From the NCBI GenBank assembly GCA_963674705.1, contig OY771506.1:3648001-3712000 (forward strand): a stretch of 64,000 bases of DNA. The letters run 5' to 3'. Both the position numbers and the translations under genes were made by a program. Of this stretch, positions 56,173 through 64,000 are shown in pieces. The notes under the pieces were generated by a model that saw nothing but the letters and a program-made list of their open reading frames with translations, was not told the DNA's origin and made no database searches. The stretch's first letter is position 1; each line of letters begins with the position of its first letter. Source of the stretch: Phycisphaeraceae bacterium. Lineage in GTDB: Bacteria; Planctomycetota; Phycisphaerae; Phycisphaerales; Phycisphaeraceae.

Positions 56173-58140
56173 TCAGCGGCGTTTGCGTTGGTTCATGAGG
56201 GCGAGACCTGCAAGACTCAGCAGCGTCGCGGCCGCGGGTTCGGGCACGTTAGCCGAAGGCGGCGTGCCGTTGTTCCAGTTATTGAGGACGATGTCCAAGT
56301 CGTCGAGGCCGACAAAGCCGTCGCCCGAGGGGTCCCCGTCAGCGTCGCCGGGCGTGACGCTCTGGTTCCAGGCGTTGAGGACGATATCAAGATCATCGAG
56401 GCCGACGTAACCGTCGCCGTTCAAGTCGCCTTCGATCGCGCTACTAAGTACGGTGCCGATCAATTGCAGGGAAAGTTGCTGGCTTGCTTCGCCGAGTATG
56501 TCTTCATCGGAGAGTGTGATCGTGTAGGTCGCGCTGTAGGAACCGGCTGTGCTGGTGTCGAAGCTGGCTATGAAGCTGTTGGGAGAACCAGCGGCAAGAC
56601 CAGCGAAGCTGCCGAGGTTTGTCGTGAGGACATCAGTGTCAACACTGCCGAGGATGGCGTCGAGGTCCAGGTCGGCGGTGTAGCCGAGTGTTTGTTGAAG
56701 ATTGAAAATATCGAAGCCGACTTCAGCCACATCGCCGATGCTAACACTGCCGAAGTCAATCGTGAGCAGGTCCTGGTCGGTGCCTGAGGCAAAAGAGGCT
56801 TCGGCGTGGTCGAGGACATCGACATTAACCGTTTGGCCAAGGATACCGTCGGCAACGGATTGACTTGTACTAAGCGCCGCGAGGCCGCCGCTCACGCTGC
56901 CGGCAGTACTGGTATCAAACGAAACGGTATGCACATTCCCTGCCTGCAGCGCGTAAGCGATGCCCGACCCGGAGCCTGTGATGTCACCGCTTGTATAGAC
57001 CGTATAGTCCAGTTCATCCGCGCCGTTGGTGGTCTGTACCGGTGCGACATTGGAGACGGTGATATCGATGTCGAGTGTTGAGTTGACGATGACCGCAGAC
57101 GGAATCGAGGACACTTCGATGCCCATCTTGGCAGGCAGTTGATAGTCAACGACGACGGGCAGGTGGTCGCTGACATGTGCCAGCGCGTCCAGCACGCTTT
57201 GTGAAACCGGGTAGGTATTACTCCAATAGTTAACCGGCTGGTTGTAAGTCGTACCGTTGTTGCCGAAGGCATGGTAAGAGCCGGCGATGTAGCTCATGCC
57301 TTCGTTGTCGAGCAATTCACCGGTGACGAGTTGGAAGTCGAAGCGGTCGTCCATACCACCGGTGACCAGGCCGTCGCTGCCGTCGTGCGGGCTTTGCGTG
57401 TGTACGGCACGGTAGGTGTAATTGTTGTTCCAGTTGCCGGGTGTATTGATCGGATCGAACGCCTGGCCGTTGCCTGAGCTGAGCAGTGTCTGGTAAGCCG
57501 GCTCATTACTGGAATACATGTTGAAGTCGCCGGCGTAGATGATGCTTGCACCTTGACCGAGTGCATCGGCATCTGCACGGACGAAGGTTGCTTCGTAATC
57601 ACGCCTGTCTTCGTTGTCTGTGCCGGTGCTGGATTTGTAGTGATCGTTGTAGATGTAGAAGTCGGCGGAAGAATCGTATCCGACCGGTCGAAGCTGGAAG
57701 CGGGCGCTTTGGCGTGCGGCGTAGTTGCTGCCGGTGGTGCCGAATGCTTTTTCGTGGATAAGCTCAACGGTGTTGGTGTTGTAGATCAGGGTTTGGCGGA
57801 TGTTGTCGCTGTAGGTCGGCAGGGTGATGACGGTGCTGTGAGCGTAGGTGCCTTCGCCATAGAGATCATCAAGCAGTTCGACGAATGCCTGGGTGGTGGT
57901 GCTGGGGTCGTCCTGTTCCTGGAGGATGAGTACGTCAATGGGGCGAGATATCCCGTTGGTGACTTCGTCGCCGATCGCCTGAAGGACAAGGTCCATGCCG
58001 GTGCGTGGCAGGTAGTCATTTCCGCTGGGGAATGTTCCATTGGCGGTGTTGTAGTTGACGATGCGTAGCTGCGCAAAGCCTGCGTCTGCCATCGCTAAGA
58101 CGGACAGCACCGCCATGAACAACGAAATATATCGCTTCAT
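56173..58140 (-). CDS. Secreted endonuclease/exonuclease/phosphatase-family protein with Ig-like domains, dockerin-like module and PEP-CTERM
   Basis: LRIVNYN, DVLILQE, NDHYKS, AGDFN, DDRFDF, SDHLPV (DNase I-like EEP motifs); NVPEP-TM-RKRR. Confidence 0.88.
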   Translation of the reverse strand: MKRYISLFMAVLSVLAMADAGFAQLRIVNYNTANGTFPSGNDYLPRTGMDLVLQAIGDEVTNGISRPIDVLILQEQDDPSTTTQAFVELLDDLYGEGTYAHSTVITLPTYSDNIRQTLIYNTNTVELIHEKAFGTTGSNYAARQSARFQLRPVGYDSSADFYIYNDHYKSSTGTDNEDRRDYEATFVRADADALGQGASIIYAGDFNMYSSNEPAYQTLLSSGNGQAFDPINTPGNWNNNYTYRAVHTQSPHDGSDGLVTGGMDDRFDFQLVTGELLDNEGMSYIAGSYHAFGNNGTTYNQPVNYWSNTYPVSQSVLDALAHVSDHLPVVVDYQLPAKMGIEVSSIPSAVIVNSTLDIDITVSNVAPVQTTNGADELDYTVYTSGDITGSGSGIAYALQAGNVHTVSFDTSTAGSVSGGLAALSTSQSVADGILGQTVNVDVLDHAEASFASGTDQDLLTIDFGSVSIGDVAEVGFDIFNLQQTLGYTADLDLDAILGSVDTDVLTTNLGSFAGLAAGSPNSFIASFDTSTAGSYSATYTITLSDEDILGEASQQLSLQLIGTVLSSAIEGDLNGDGYVGLDDLDIVLNAWNQSVTPGDADGDPSGDGFVGLDDLDIVLNNWNNGTPPSANVPEPAAATLLSLAGLALMNQRKRR

Positions 58141-58286
58141 GGTATAGTCCTTCTCCCGGAAGCCTGTGTGGGTACGGCAATTATAGCCTATGCCCGGGTA
58201 AATCGGGCGATCAGGTTGCCAATTTCATCGTATAAAATGCATACAGCTTGTACCGGTCAGGGGATACAGGCGGTTTGGAGGTACGA

Positions 58287-58652
58287 ATGTTCGATCAATT
58301 GAAGCAATTCAAGAACCTGGCGGGTCTGATGGGCAATTCGGGGGAATTACGTGAGAAGATGGAGAAGATGCAGGAGGAGATTGCCCGCCTGACCGCTGAG
58401 GCCGACGCGGGTGCCGGAGCGGTCCGTGTGGTGGTCAACGGCAAACTTCAGGTGCTGAACGTAAGTCTTGATCCTGTCATGATATCCGCCCTGACGGGAG
58501 AAGGAACGGACGCGGATCGGGAGATGATCGAGGAACTGATCGTCTCAGCGACCAACGAGGCCATGCGACGTGTGCAGGAGCTGGTGAAGGAAGAATTCTC
58601 GAAGATGTCAGGCCTGAACCTGCCAGGAATGGAAGGTCTGCTTGGCGGGTAA
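58287..58652 (+). CDS. ybaB: YbaB/EbfC nucleoid-associated protein
   Basis: EADAGAGAVRVVVNG...DREMIEELIVSATNEA...GLNLPG; GGAGG upstream of ATG 58287. Confidence 0.9.
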   Translation: MFDQLKQFKNLAGLMGNSGELREKMEKMQEEIARLTAEADAGAGAVRVVVNGKLQVLNVSLDPVMISALTGEGTDADREMIEELIVSATNEAMRRVQELVKEEFSKMSGLNLPGMEGLLGG

Positions 58653-58655
58653 GAG

Positions 58656-58779
58656 ATTTATGATTTGGGATTTATGATTTAGGATTTTAAATCCCACTTC
58701 CGGCAACTTCCACGCATACGCAGGACATTCTGCACTTGGATTGATTCACATCACCAATCATAAATCCCAAATCATAAAT
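58656..58779. repeat. Perfect 24-bp inverted repeat made of ATTTATG-like heptamers
   Basis: ATTTATGATTTGGGATTTATGATT (58656-79) / AATCATAAATCCCAAATCATAAAT (58756-79). Confidence 0.88.
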
Positions 58780-58900
58780 TGAATAAACACCGAGCCGCGG
58801 AGGTCGTCAGGCCACCAGTTCAGTGTCTGAGTCATCTGACTTCACGTCAGTGAGGGCCGACTCGGTCCGCGGCTCGCAAGCGGGAGGGCGTGGATCATTT

Positions 58901-59206
58901 TTACATTGAAACAGGTACGGCTTGTTCCTCGTGTTGAATCATGACATCGGGATGCGGCGAGTCCGGCTCCGTGATGGACAGGCCGTAGGTGCCGCCATTG
59001 ATGAAGGTGTCACCTTCCGCAGTGAAGTAGGAGAACTGGTAGCTGCCGGGAATTAGAGGCAGGTCCAGCTCCCATTGGTCAGACCCTACGGGTGACATTG
59101 GCACCCATGCGGTACTGGCACTGTGGCACTTTTTAACCAGATAGACACGATCCGCATGTGGGCAACACACACGGAAGTGCCAATTCTGCTCAATGTTGTG
59201 ATTCAT
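58901..59206 (-). CDS. Small CBM48/AMPK-beta-like (glycogen-binding early set) domain protein
   Basis: FRVCCPHADRVYLV...WVPMSPVGSDQWELDLPLIPGSYQFSYF. Confidence 0.6.
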   Translation of the reverse strand: MNHNIEQNWHFRVCCPHADRVYLVKKCHSASTAWVPMSPVGSDQWELDLPLIPGSYQFSYFTAEGDTFINGGTYGLSITEPDSPHPDVMIQHEEQAVPVSM

Positions 59207-59435
59207 GGCTTTCACCTTCCTTGGTAGCAAGACTTCATGGCCTAAGTCTTGTACGTCAAGCCGTGACGTTTGTTCTACTATACCCGTTCAGATTTAAATA
59301 ACAATAGGAATAATAGGGGTTTTAGGGTAAACCCGGCGATCGATATGTTTTTGTTTTCTGTTCAGTGCAGCAGATACGGCAGGGCGCACGGGTGAACGGT
59401 ATTCACAATATGTGCATTCCAGCACACAAATCGTG

Positions 59436-59966
59436 TTACGAAGCGGATTTTTCATGGTGTATGCGAGCGATTACTGACTCGCTCGGACCCACTTTATCAG
59501 CATCCTGCATAGGCGGATGTTTTCCGTGTTGTTGCTGCTGCACTTCACGGTCATATGCATTTGGTGAGTACGGATGGCTTCGGGGCAACCTTCCGTAGCG
59601 GTAGCTCATTCGAGCATGCCAGAGGAAGCCGACCAGGCAGAGGTTATAGAGGCCGATGATCATGGCCAGACCGAGCAGGGCGAATTCCTTGGGTTGGGCG
59701 TCGAGCGAGTGGTGGAAGAAGAACAGATCGCCGATCGAGTGCAGCCAGTTCTCGAAGTTCTTTGAGCCGAGTGTGGCGGCAAAAGGCAGGCTCGTAAAAT
59801 CTTCCCGCCAGATGCGGGGCATATCGGGGATCAGCGCCCACAGGCCGCCCAGCGTCATGCCGACGGGGATAAAGCGCCAGCCGCGACGCAGGATCAAACA
59901 GGGGGCGATTGTCAGTGCGGCGCCGCCACACATGCCCATCGCAAAATGCATTGAAGTCCATGCCAT
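59436..59966 (-). CDS. Membrane protein, possibly a YdjM-like metal-dependent hydrolase
   Basis: MHFAMG...GGLWALIPDMP...FFHHSLD; hydrophobic segments. Confidence 0.55.
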   Translation of the reverse strand: MAWTSMHFAMGMCGGAALTIAPCLILRRGWRFIPVGMTLGGLWALIPDMPRIWREDFTSLPFAATLGSKNFENWLHSIGDLFFFHHSLDAQPKEFALLGLAMIIGLYNLCLVGFLWHARMSYRYGRLPRSHPYSPNAYDREVQQQQHGKHPPMQDADKVGPSESVIARIHHEKSAS

Positions 59967-59999
59967 GGAAAAACTCTTTCTCTCGATCTCCAATAAGAA

Positions 60000-61304
60000 T
60001 CAGGCGCTTTGTTTAGCGATTAGCGGAACAGGTGGAATCCCGCCTGCAATGTGTTGAGTTACATCGTCCGTCACTTCAACCGATGACAATCGCAGGCAAG
60101 CATCCAGCTTGTGTGCAGCTTCAGACCAACTGTGATGCTGGACAATCCATTCGTGGGCATCTTCACGTAGCTGTTTATTCAATAGGCCGTCGTACCAGGT
60201 GCGTTCGATCTGGTGAACCCATTCATCGGGATTACGGCAAATGAATAACGGCTTCATGTGCTCGGGCCAACTCAAGCCTTGTACGGCTCGTGGCGAGGCG
60301 ATGATCGGCAAGCCCATCGCGGCGGCTTCCAGCAGCTTGTTCTTGATCCCCGCTCCACAGCGCATTGGCAGGATGGTGGCCGCGGCGGTGTGCGCATAAG
60401 GGCGGATGTCGTCGACCTCGCCGACGAACTGGATCTGCGGGTGCTTGCCGAGTTGACGTACTTTTTCACAGGCGTTCTTGCCGACAATCTGCCAGCGCGT
60501 TTGTGGCTGACGCTCGATCAGTTTCGGGAATACCTTCTTCGCAAACCAGCGCACGGCATCGATGTTGGGTTCAAAATCGAGCCTGCCCCAGAAGACGAGT
60601 GTGCAAGGCGCGAAGGGTGTGTCGCTTGGCTTATAGAAGTCGGTATCCACGCCGTTGGGGATGTTGATGGCTTGCTTGGCGCCGGTCATGCGCTTGAGCA
60701 GTCTGGTATCGGTCGGGCTGACGCCGATGACAACGTCGAGCTTACGGGCGAAAAGACGTTGCAGCATTGCGTAGAGTGCTGCGAGGTACAGGCGGTGTTT
60801 GAGCGAGAAGATGCCTTCACGTCGTAGGCACGACATCTGGAAGTTGACTGGTTCGTCTGCTGCGTACCAGACGGTTTTCATCTCTGGCAGTTCGGGCCGC
60901 AGAGCTTCCAAGCCTTGCAGCATGATCGGGCCGTGCTGACCGAGCGAGATGATGGCTTTGGGTTTGTATTGTCTAACCAGTGGGATCAGGCCCGCCAATT
61001 CACGTGTTTCTAATGCCTGGTGGCGTGCAAGGCGTTTACGCATGCCGGCAAACCAGCCCTTCCAACCCTGCATGAATAGCTCGTGATCGCTGTCGTCGGC
61101 CTCAGGCCAATCGACGAGCATGTTCTTGAGCCAGAACTCGCAATGCTGGGTGGTTGGACGGAGGCTGGCCATGCGGACGGTCAGGCCCTGATCGGCCAGG
61201 GCACGTGCCATCTGGCAGCCGTGCACGCGGAAACCCTGATCGGGCGGCCACAGCGACTGCTCGCTGATAAACAGGACATCGGTCTGTGGCTTGTCTTGTG
61301 GCAT
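60000..61304 (-). CDS. Glycosyltransferase family 4
   Basis: IPNGVDTDFY, FWGRLDFEPNIDA, GAGIKNKLLEAAAMGLPII. Confidence 0.9.
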   Translation of the reverse strand: MPQDKPQTDVLFISEQSLWPPDQGFRVHGCQMARALADQGLTVRMASLRPTTQHCEFWLKNMLVDWPEADDSDHELFMQGWKGWFAGMRKRLARHQALETRELAGLIPLVRQYKPKAIISLGQHGPIMLQGLEALRPELPEMKTVWYAADEPVNFQMSCLRREGIFSLKHRLYLAALYAMLQRLFARKLDVVIGVSPTDTRLLKRMTGAKQAINIPNGVDTDFYKPSDTPFAPCTLVFWGRLDFEPNIDAVRWFAKKVFPKLIERQPQTRWQIVGKNACEKVRQLGKHPQIQFVGEVDDIRPYAHTAAATILPMRCGAGIKNKLLEAAAMGLPIIASPRAVQGLSWPEHMKPLFICRNPDEWVHQIERTWYDGLLNKQLREDAHEWIVQHHSWSEAAHKLDACLRLSSVEVTDDVTQHIAGGIPPVPLIAKQSA

Positions 61305-61314
61305 GATCGTTCAC

Positions 61315-62469
61315 TCAAGCGGCCTGCTTCAAGCGGCGGCTTGGGTGCTCCTGGTTGACGGCATATTCGATCGCCCGGGCGAATTGCTCGGCAGTATTCA
61401 GCCAGGTGAATTCGTTGAGCCTGTTCTTGCCACGGGCGACCAGCTCCCGGCGATAGACCGGATCGGTCAGCAGTTTGCTCATGGCTTTGGTGATGGTGTT
61501 GAAGTCTTTCGGGTCGACGATCAGTGCGGCGTCGCCTGCGACCTCTGGCAGGCTTGTGCGGTTGCTGGTGATGACCGTTGTGCCGGCGGCGAAGGCTTCG
61601 AGGATCGGCAAGCCAAAACCTTCGGATAAACTCGGGTATACCAGCACGTCCGCCAGACGCAGCAGCTTGGGGATGTCTTCTTCGTCGGCAAAGCCGTGAA
61701 GGATGACGCTGTTCTCGGTACCGAGTCGTGCACTGCAGGTGGAAAGCTCGGCTTGTGCTTTGGCGTCGAGTCCGACAACGAGCAGGCGTGCGTGGTTCTT
61801 GATGAGCTTGCGTTGCCCGGCCCACGCTTCGATGACGCGACGGGTGTTCTTGCGTGGATCTGCTGCGCCGAAGTGCAGGACGAAGGGCGGCTCGACGCGG
61901 TACTTTTCGAATAATCGGATACGGTCTTTGAGGCCGACGGGTCCGGGCCTGCCGAAGTCCGCCCAGGGCGTGACAAAGACGCGGTCCGCACCGGCGTTCA
62001 TATCATTGATAAGTCGGTTGCGTGTGTAATCACTGGGGCAGTTGATCGCGGAGGCTTTAGCGCAGGCGGTGCGGATGGATCGCTCGAAGCGTTGGGTATG
62101 CTTTAGCGGTAGTTCGCCGGGCATGTCCAGCGGGATCAGGTCGTGGATGGTCACGACGGTGGGGATGGGCATCCATTCCGGGCAGTGGTTGGCTGGATTG
62201 TGAAGGACGTCGACGCGGTCTTTCCGGCAGGCCAGGGGCAAACGGAAGCGGTCCCATGCGTTGAAGCGGTCCCCGCGTATCTCGATGAAACGTGGCTGGA
62301 AGTAATCGCCGGGCAGGAGGGTTTCCAGTTGGCCCTTTGTGCGGTGGTACGCAATCACCTGCCAGTCCGGTCGCACGAACGGCAGGTGCTGATAGAGCGC
62401 CAGCAGGCTCTTGCCGATCCCGCGACGTTCGGGGGCGTAGATGGTGCGTGCGTCCAGGGCGATGCGCAT
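61315..62469 (-). CDS. Glycosyltransferase family 4 (GT-B)
   Basis: MRIALDAR, VVTIHDLIP, DPRKN, YPSLSEGFGLPILEAFAAG, SLPEVAGDAA. Confidence 0.92.
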   Translation of the reverse strand: MRIALDARTIYAPERRGIGKSLLALYQHLPFVRPDWQVIAYHRTKGQLETLLPGDYFQPRFIEIRGDRFNAWDRFRLPLACRKDRVDVLHNPANHCPEWMPIPTVVTIHDLIPLDMPGELPLKHTQRFERSIRTACAKASAINCPSDYTRNRLINDMNAGADRVFVTPWADFGRPGPVGLKDRIRLFEKYRVEPPFVLHFGAADPRKNTRRVIEAWAGQRKLIKNHARLLVVGLDAKAQAELSTCSARLGTENSVILHGFADEEDIPKLLRLADVLVYPSLSEGFGLPILEAFAAGTTVITSNRTSLPEVAGDAALIVDPKDFNTITKAMSKLLTDPVYRRELVARGKNRLNEFTWLNTAEQFARAIEYAVNQEHPSRRLKQAA

Positions 62470-62646
62470 ACAGGTAAACCTAGTGAATAACCAGCCAGTT
62501 ACGCTGGTTACATCGGGTGCTGGACGGTGCTTGTTAAGCCCGAACCCGGCCTAATTGGCATAATCGATACAGTCTGACATACCCTGATATTGACAACTGC
62601 CTGGTGGGGTACAATCGCTGTGTTTATCGGCCTAAAATCAGCTTGA

Positions 62647-63267
62647 ATGATGCAACTGCTGGATCAGGACATTCCGATGCCGAGGCAGGACCCGCCGACG
62701 TGGGCGGGGATGGTCGAAGATTGTCTTCAATGCGTTCGCCAGGTCCGCAAAGAGTTATATGACGGGGAAGATCCAAGCATCGCGTTCGCGGTCGATCAGG
62801 TGTTCGCCGCGGATCTGATCTCGCAGCTCTGGCAGGACATGCGTGTGCAGGTGATGGAACACGATCGGCTGTATGTTCCCGCTGATATCGCCAAACGAAA
62901 CGAGCTGGACCTGGTGCTGATGCGTAAAGCGTTGAGCGTTGATACGGACCGCGGCTGTGATGGTACGGCTCGTGATGGATCGTGCGATTGTTCGAACATG
63001 CCCGGCGCTGCGATGCGGCTTGTGGTGCCGGCGTATCAGCAGACGATGCGGGAACTGGTTAAACGGACGGAGTTATTGTTGCGGGAAGGGTGGGATGGGG
63101 CGCGGAAGTTGCCGGGGGTTGAACGGCAGGTGTTACTCGGGGTAGTCGTCGAGACGCGTGCGAGGTTGGGGCTGATCGCGCAGCGCGGATATGACACGAT
63201 GTCACGTCGGCCTGAGATGGGGGGGCTGATGCGCGGGTGGTGGCGGTTGCGTGGGAGGTTTATGTAG
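62647..63267 (+). CDS. Short squalene/phytoene-synthase-like (HpnC-like C-terminal half) protein
   Basis: SQLWQDMRVQVMEHDRLYVP and IAQRGYDTMSRRP resemble the HpnC second motif and C-terminus. The N-terminal DDxxD region is absent. Confidence 0.55.
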   Translation: MMQLLDQDIPMPRQDPPTWAGMVEDCLQCVRQVRKELYDGEDPSIAFAVDQVFAADLISQLWQDMRVQVMEHDRLYVPADIAKRNELDLVLMRKALSVDTDRGCDGTARDGSCDCSNMPGAAMRLVVPAYQQTMRELVKRTELLLREGWDGARKLPGVERQVLLGVVVETRARLGLIAQRGYDTMSRRPEMGGLMRGWWRLRGRFM

Positions 63268-63342
63268 GGTTGGTGTAGGGCAAGATCGCTAAGCCGCAAG
63301 CGGCTTTGGGGGTGGGGGAAATATTCAACTTTTGTGCGCATG

Positions 63343-63370
63343 AAAAACCCGCGACGATTGGCCGCGGGTC
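63343..63370 (-). terminator. Intrinsic terminator of the redoxin gene
   Basis: On the minus strand: ACCCGCG-loop-CGCGGGT followed by TTTTT. Confidence 0.7.
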
Positions 63371-63418
63371 GTCAGGGTTTGTGACTACAGTTGTGAAGTA
63401 GTCCGGGTTATCTTTGTA

Positions 63419-64000
63419 TTACTTACTGACGCGTTTGATGCCGCAGCCCTTGGAGGTTGTCTTGGTGTAGGGCAGTTCTTCGCCGGCCAGGACTGCGTTG
63501 ATTACGGGTTCAAGATAGTTCTCTTCCATCTCGCCGCACTTTTCGGGGCTGGTGGGGACCTGTTCAGCGCCGCCCATGTAAAGCAGCGTCTGCGCTTCAT
63601 CATCGTCGATGACGTAGATGTGCGGGGTGGTCTTGGCGTTGTAGGCATCGGCGATCACGTTGTTGGTGTCTTTGAGGATCGGGTAGGGGATGTTGTGCTG
63701 CTGGTGGTATGAGCCGACCTCTTCGGTGGTTTCGTTCTTGTTAGCGTTGATGGCGAGGAAGGCAACGTTCTTGTCAGCGTACTGCTGGCTCAGTGGGGAG
63801 AAGTAACGCTGGTAGCCGCCGGATTCACGCATGCGGTCCCACGGACAGTTGATGCTCTGGAACGCGATGACGACGACCTTACCCTTGTAATCGGCGAGGC
63901 TGACATCCTGTCCGGTGACGACATCCTTGAGCATGAACTGCGGCGCGGCTTCACCGAGGGTTGGGTCGACACGGTCGCCGGCCAACGCTGGCGCAGCAGT
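63419..64000 (-). CDS. AhpC/TSA-redoxin (thioredoxin-fold) protein, 5' end beyond the window
   Basis: APQFMLKD...SLADYKGKVVV...NCPW...AINAN...TTPHIYVID...GCGIK. The frame stays open to the window end. Confidence 0.85.
   Translation of the reverse strand, partial: TAAPALAGDRVDPTLGEAAPQFMLKDVVTGQDVSLADYKGKVVVIAFQSINCPWDRMRESGGYQRYFSPLSQQYADKNVAFLAINANKNETTEEVGSYHQQHNIPYPILKDTNNVIADAYNAKTTPHIYVIDDDEAQTLLYMGGAEQVPTSPEKCGEMEENYLEPVINAVLAGEELPYTKTTSKGCGIKRVSK

Noticed and set aside
62590..62615. TTGACA...TACAAT sigma70 promoter for the SQS-like gene
   Set aside because: The spacer is only 14 nt, too short for a canonical promoter.

Overview
Bacterial chromosomal window, GC-rich with several AT-richer patches. 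It is most likely from a planctomycete of the Phycisphaerae type. That is inferred from a LEPRxLL-like N-terminal motif, many PEP-CTERM proteins with a dockerin-like GDLNGDGFVGLDDLDIVLxNWN module, a fused ccoNO, and dense intergenic palindromes. Housekeeping content: 3' end of fliN, NfeD-like protein, TIM-barrel isomerase, MFS-acyltransferase fusion, folE2, hsp20-lon, cobalamin adenosyltransferase, RluA/RluD, sialate O-acetylesterase, a complete cbb3 oxidase cluster (ccoNO-Q-P-G-H-DsbD_2/TauE-like-I-S), a MacAB-TolC-type exporter, SprT, dnaX, ybaB/ebfC, two GT4 glycosyltransferases and a partial redoxin. The most unusual feature is a 1510-aa ORF (19241..23773). It joins a complete type IV-fold ABC exporter (TMD+NBD), through an internal signal-peptide-like segment and a Pro/Ala/Lys/Glu linker, to an outer-membrane secretin with a long C-terminal extension. 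It is preceded by a candidate structured RNA and followed by an outer-membrane beta-barrel gene. Other highlights: six secreted proteins sharing a dockerin-like module (five with PEP-CTERM), a 2287-aa adhesin with two FG-GAP propellers and eight Bap-like Ig repeats, an A10G slippery site in dnaX with immediate stops in both alternative frames, and several palindromic repeat families that flank AT-rich cargo genes and have entered coding sequences. No rRNA, tRNA, CRISPR array or transposase was recognised. All family assignments are by motif recognition only; no database searches were run.
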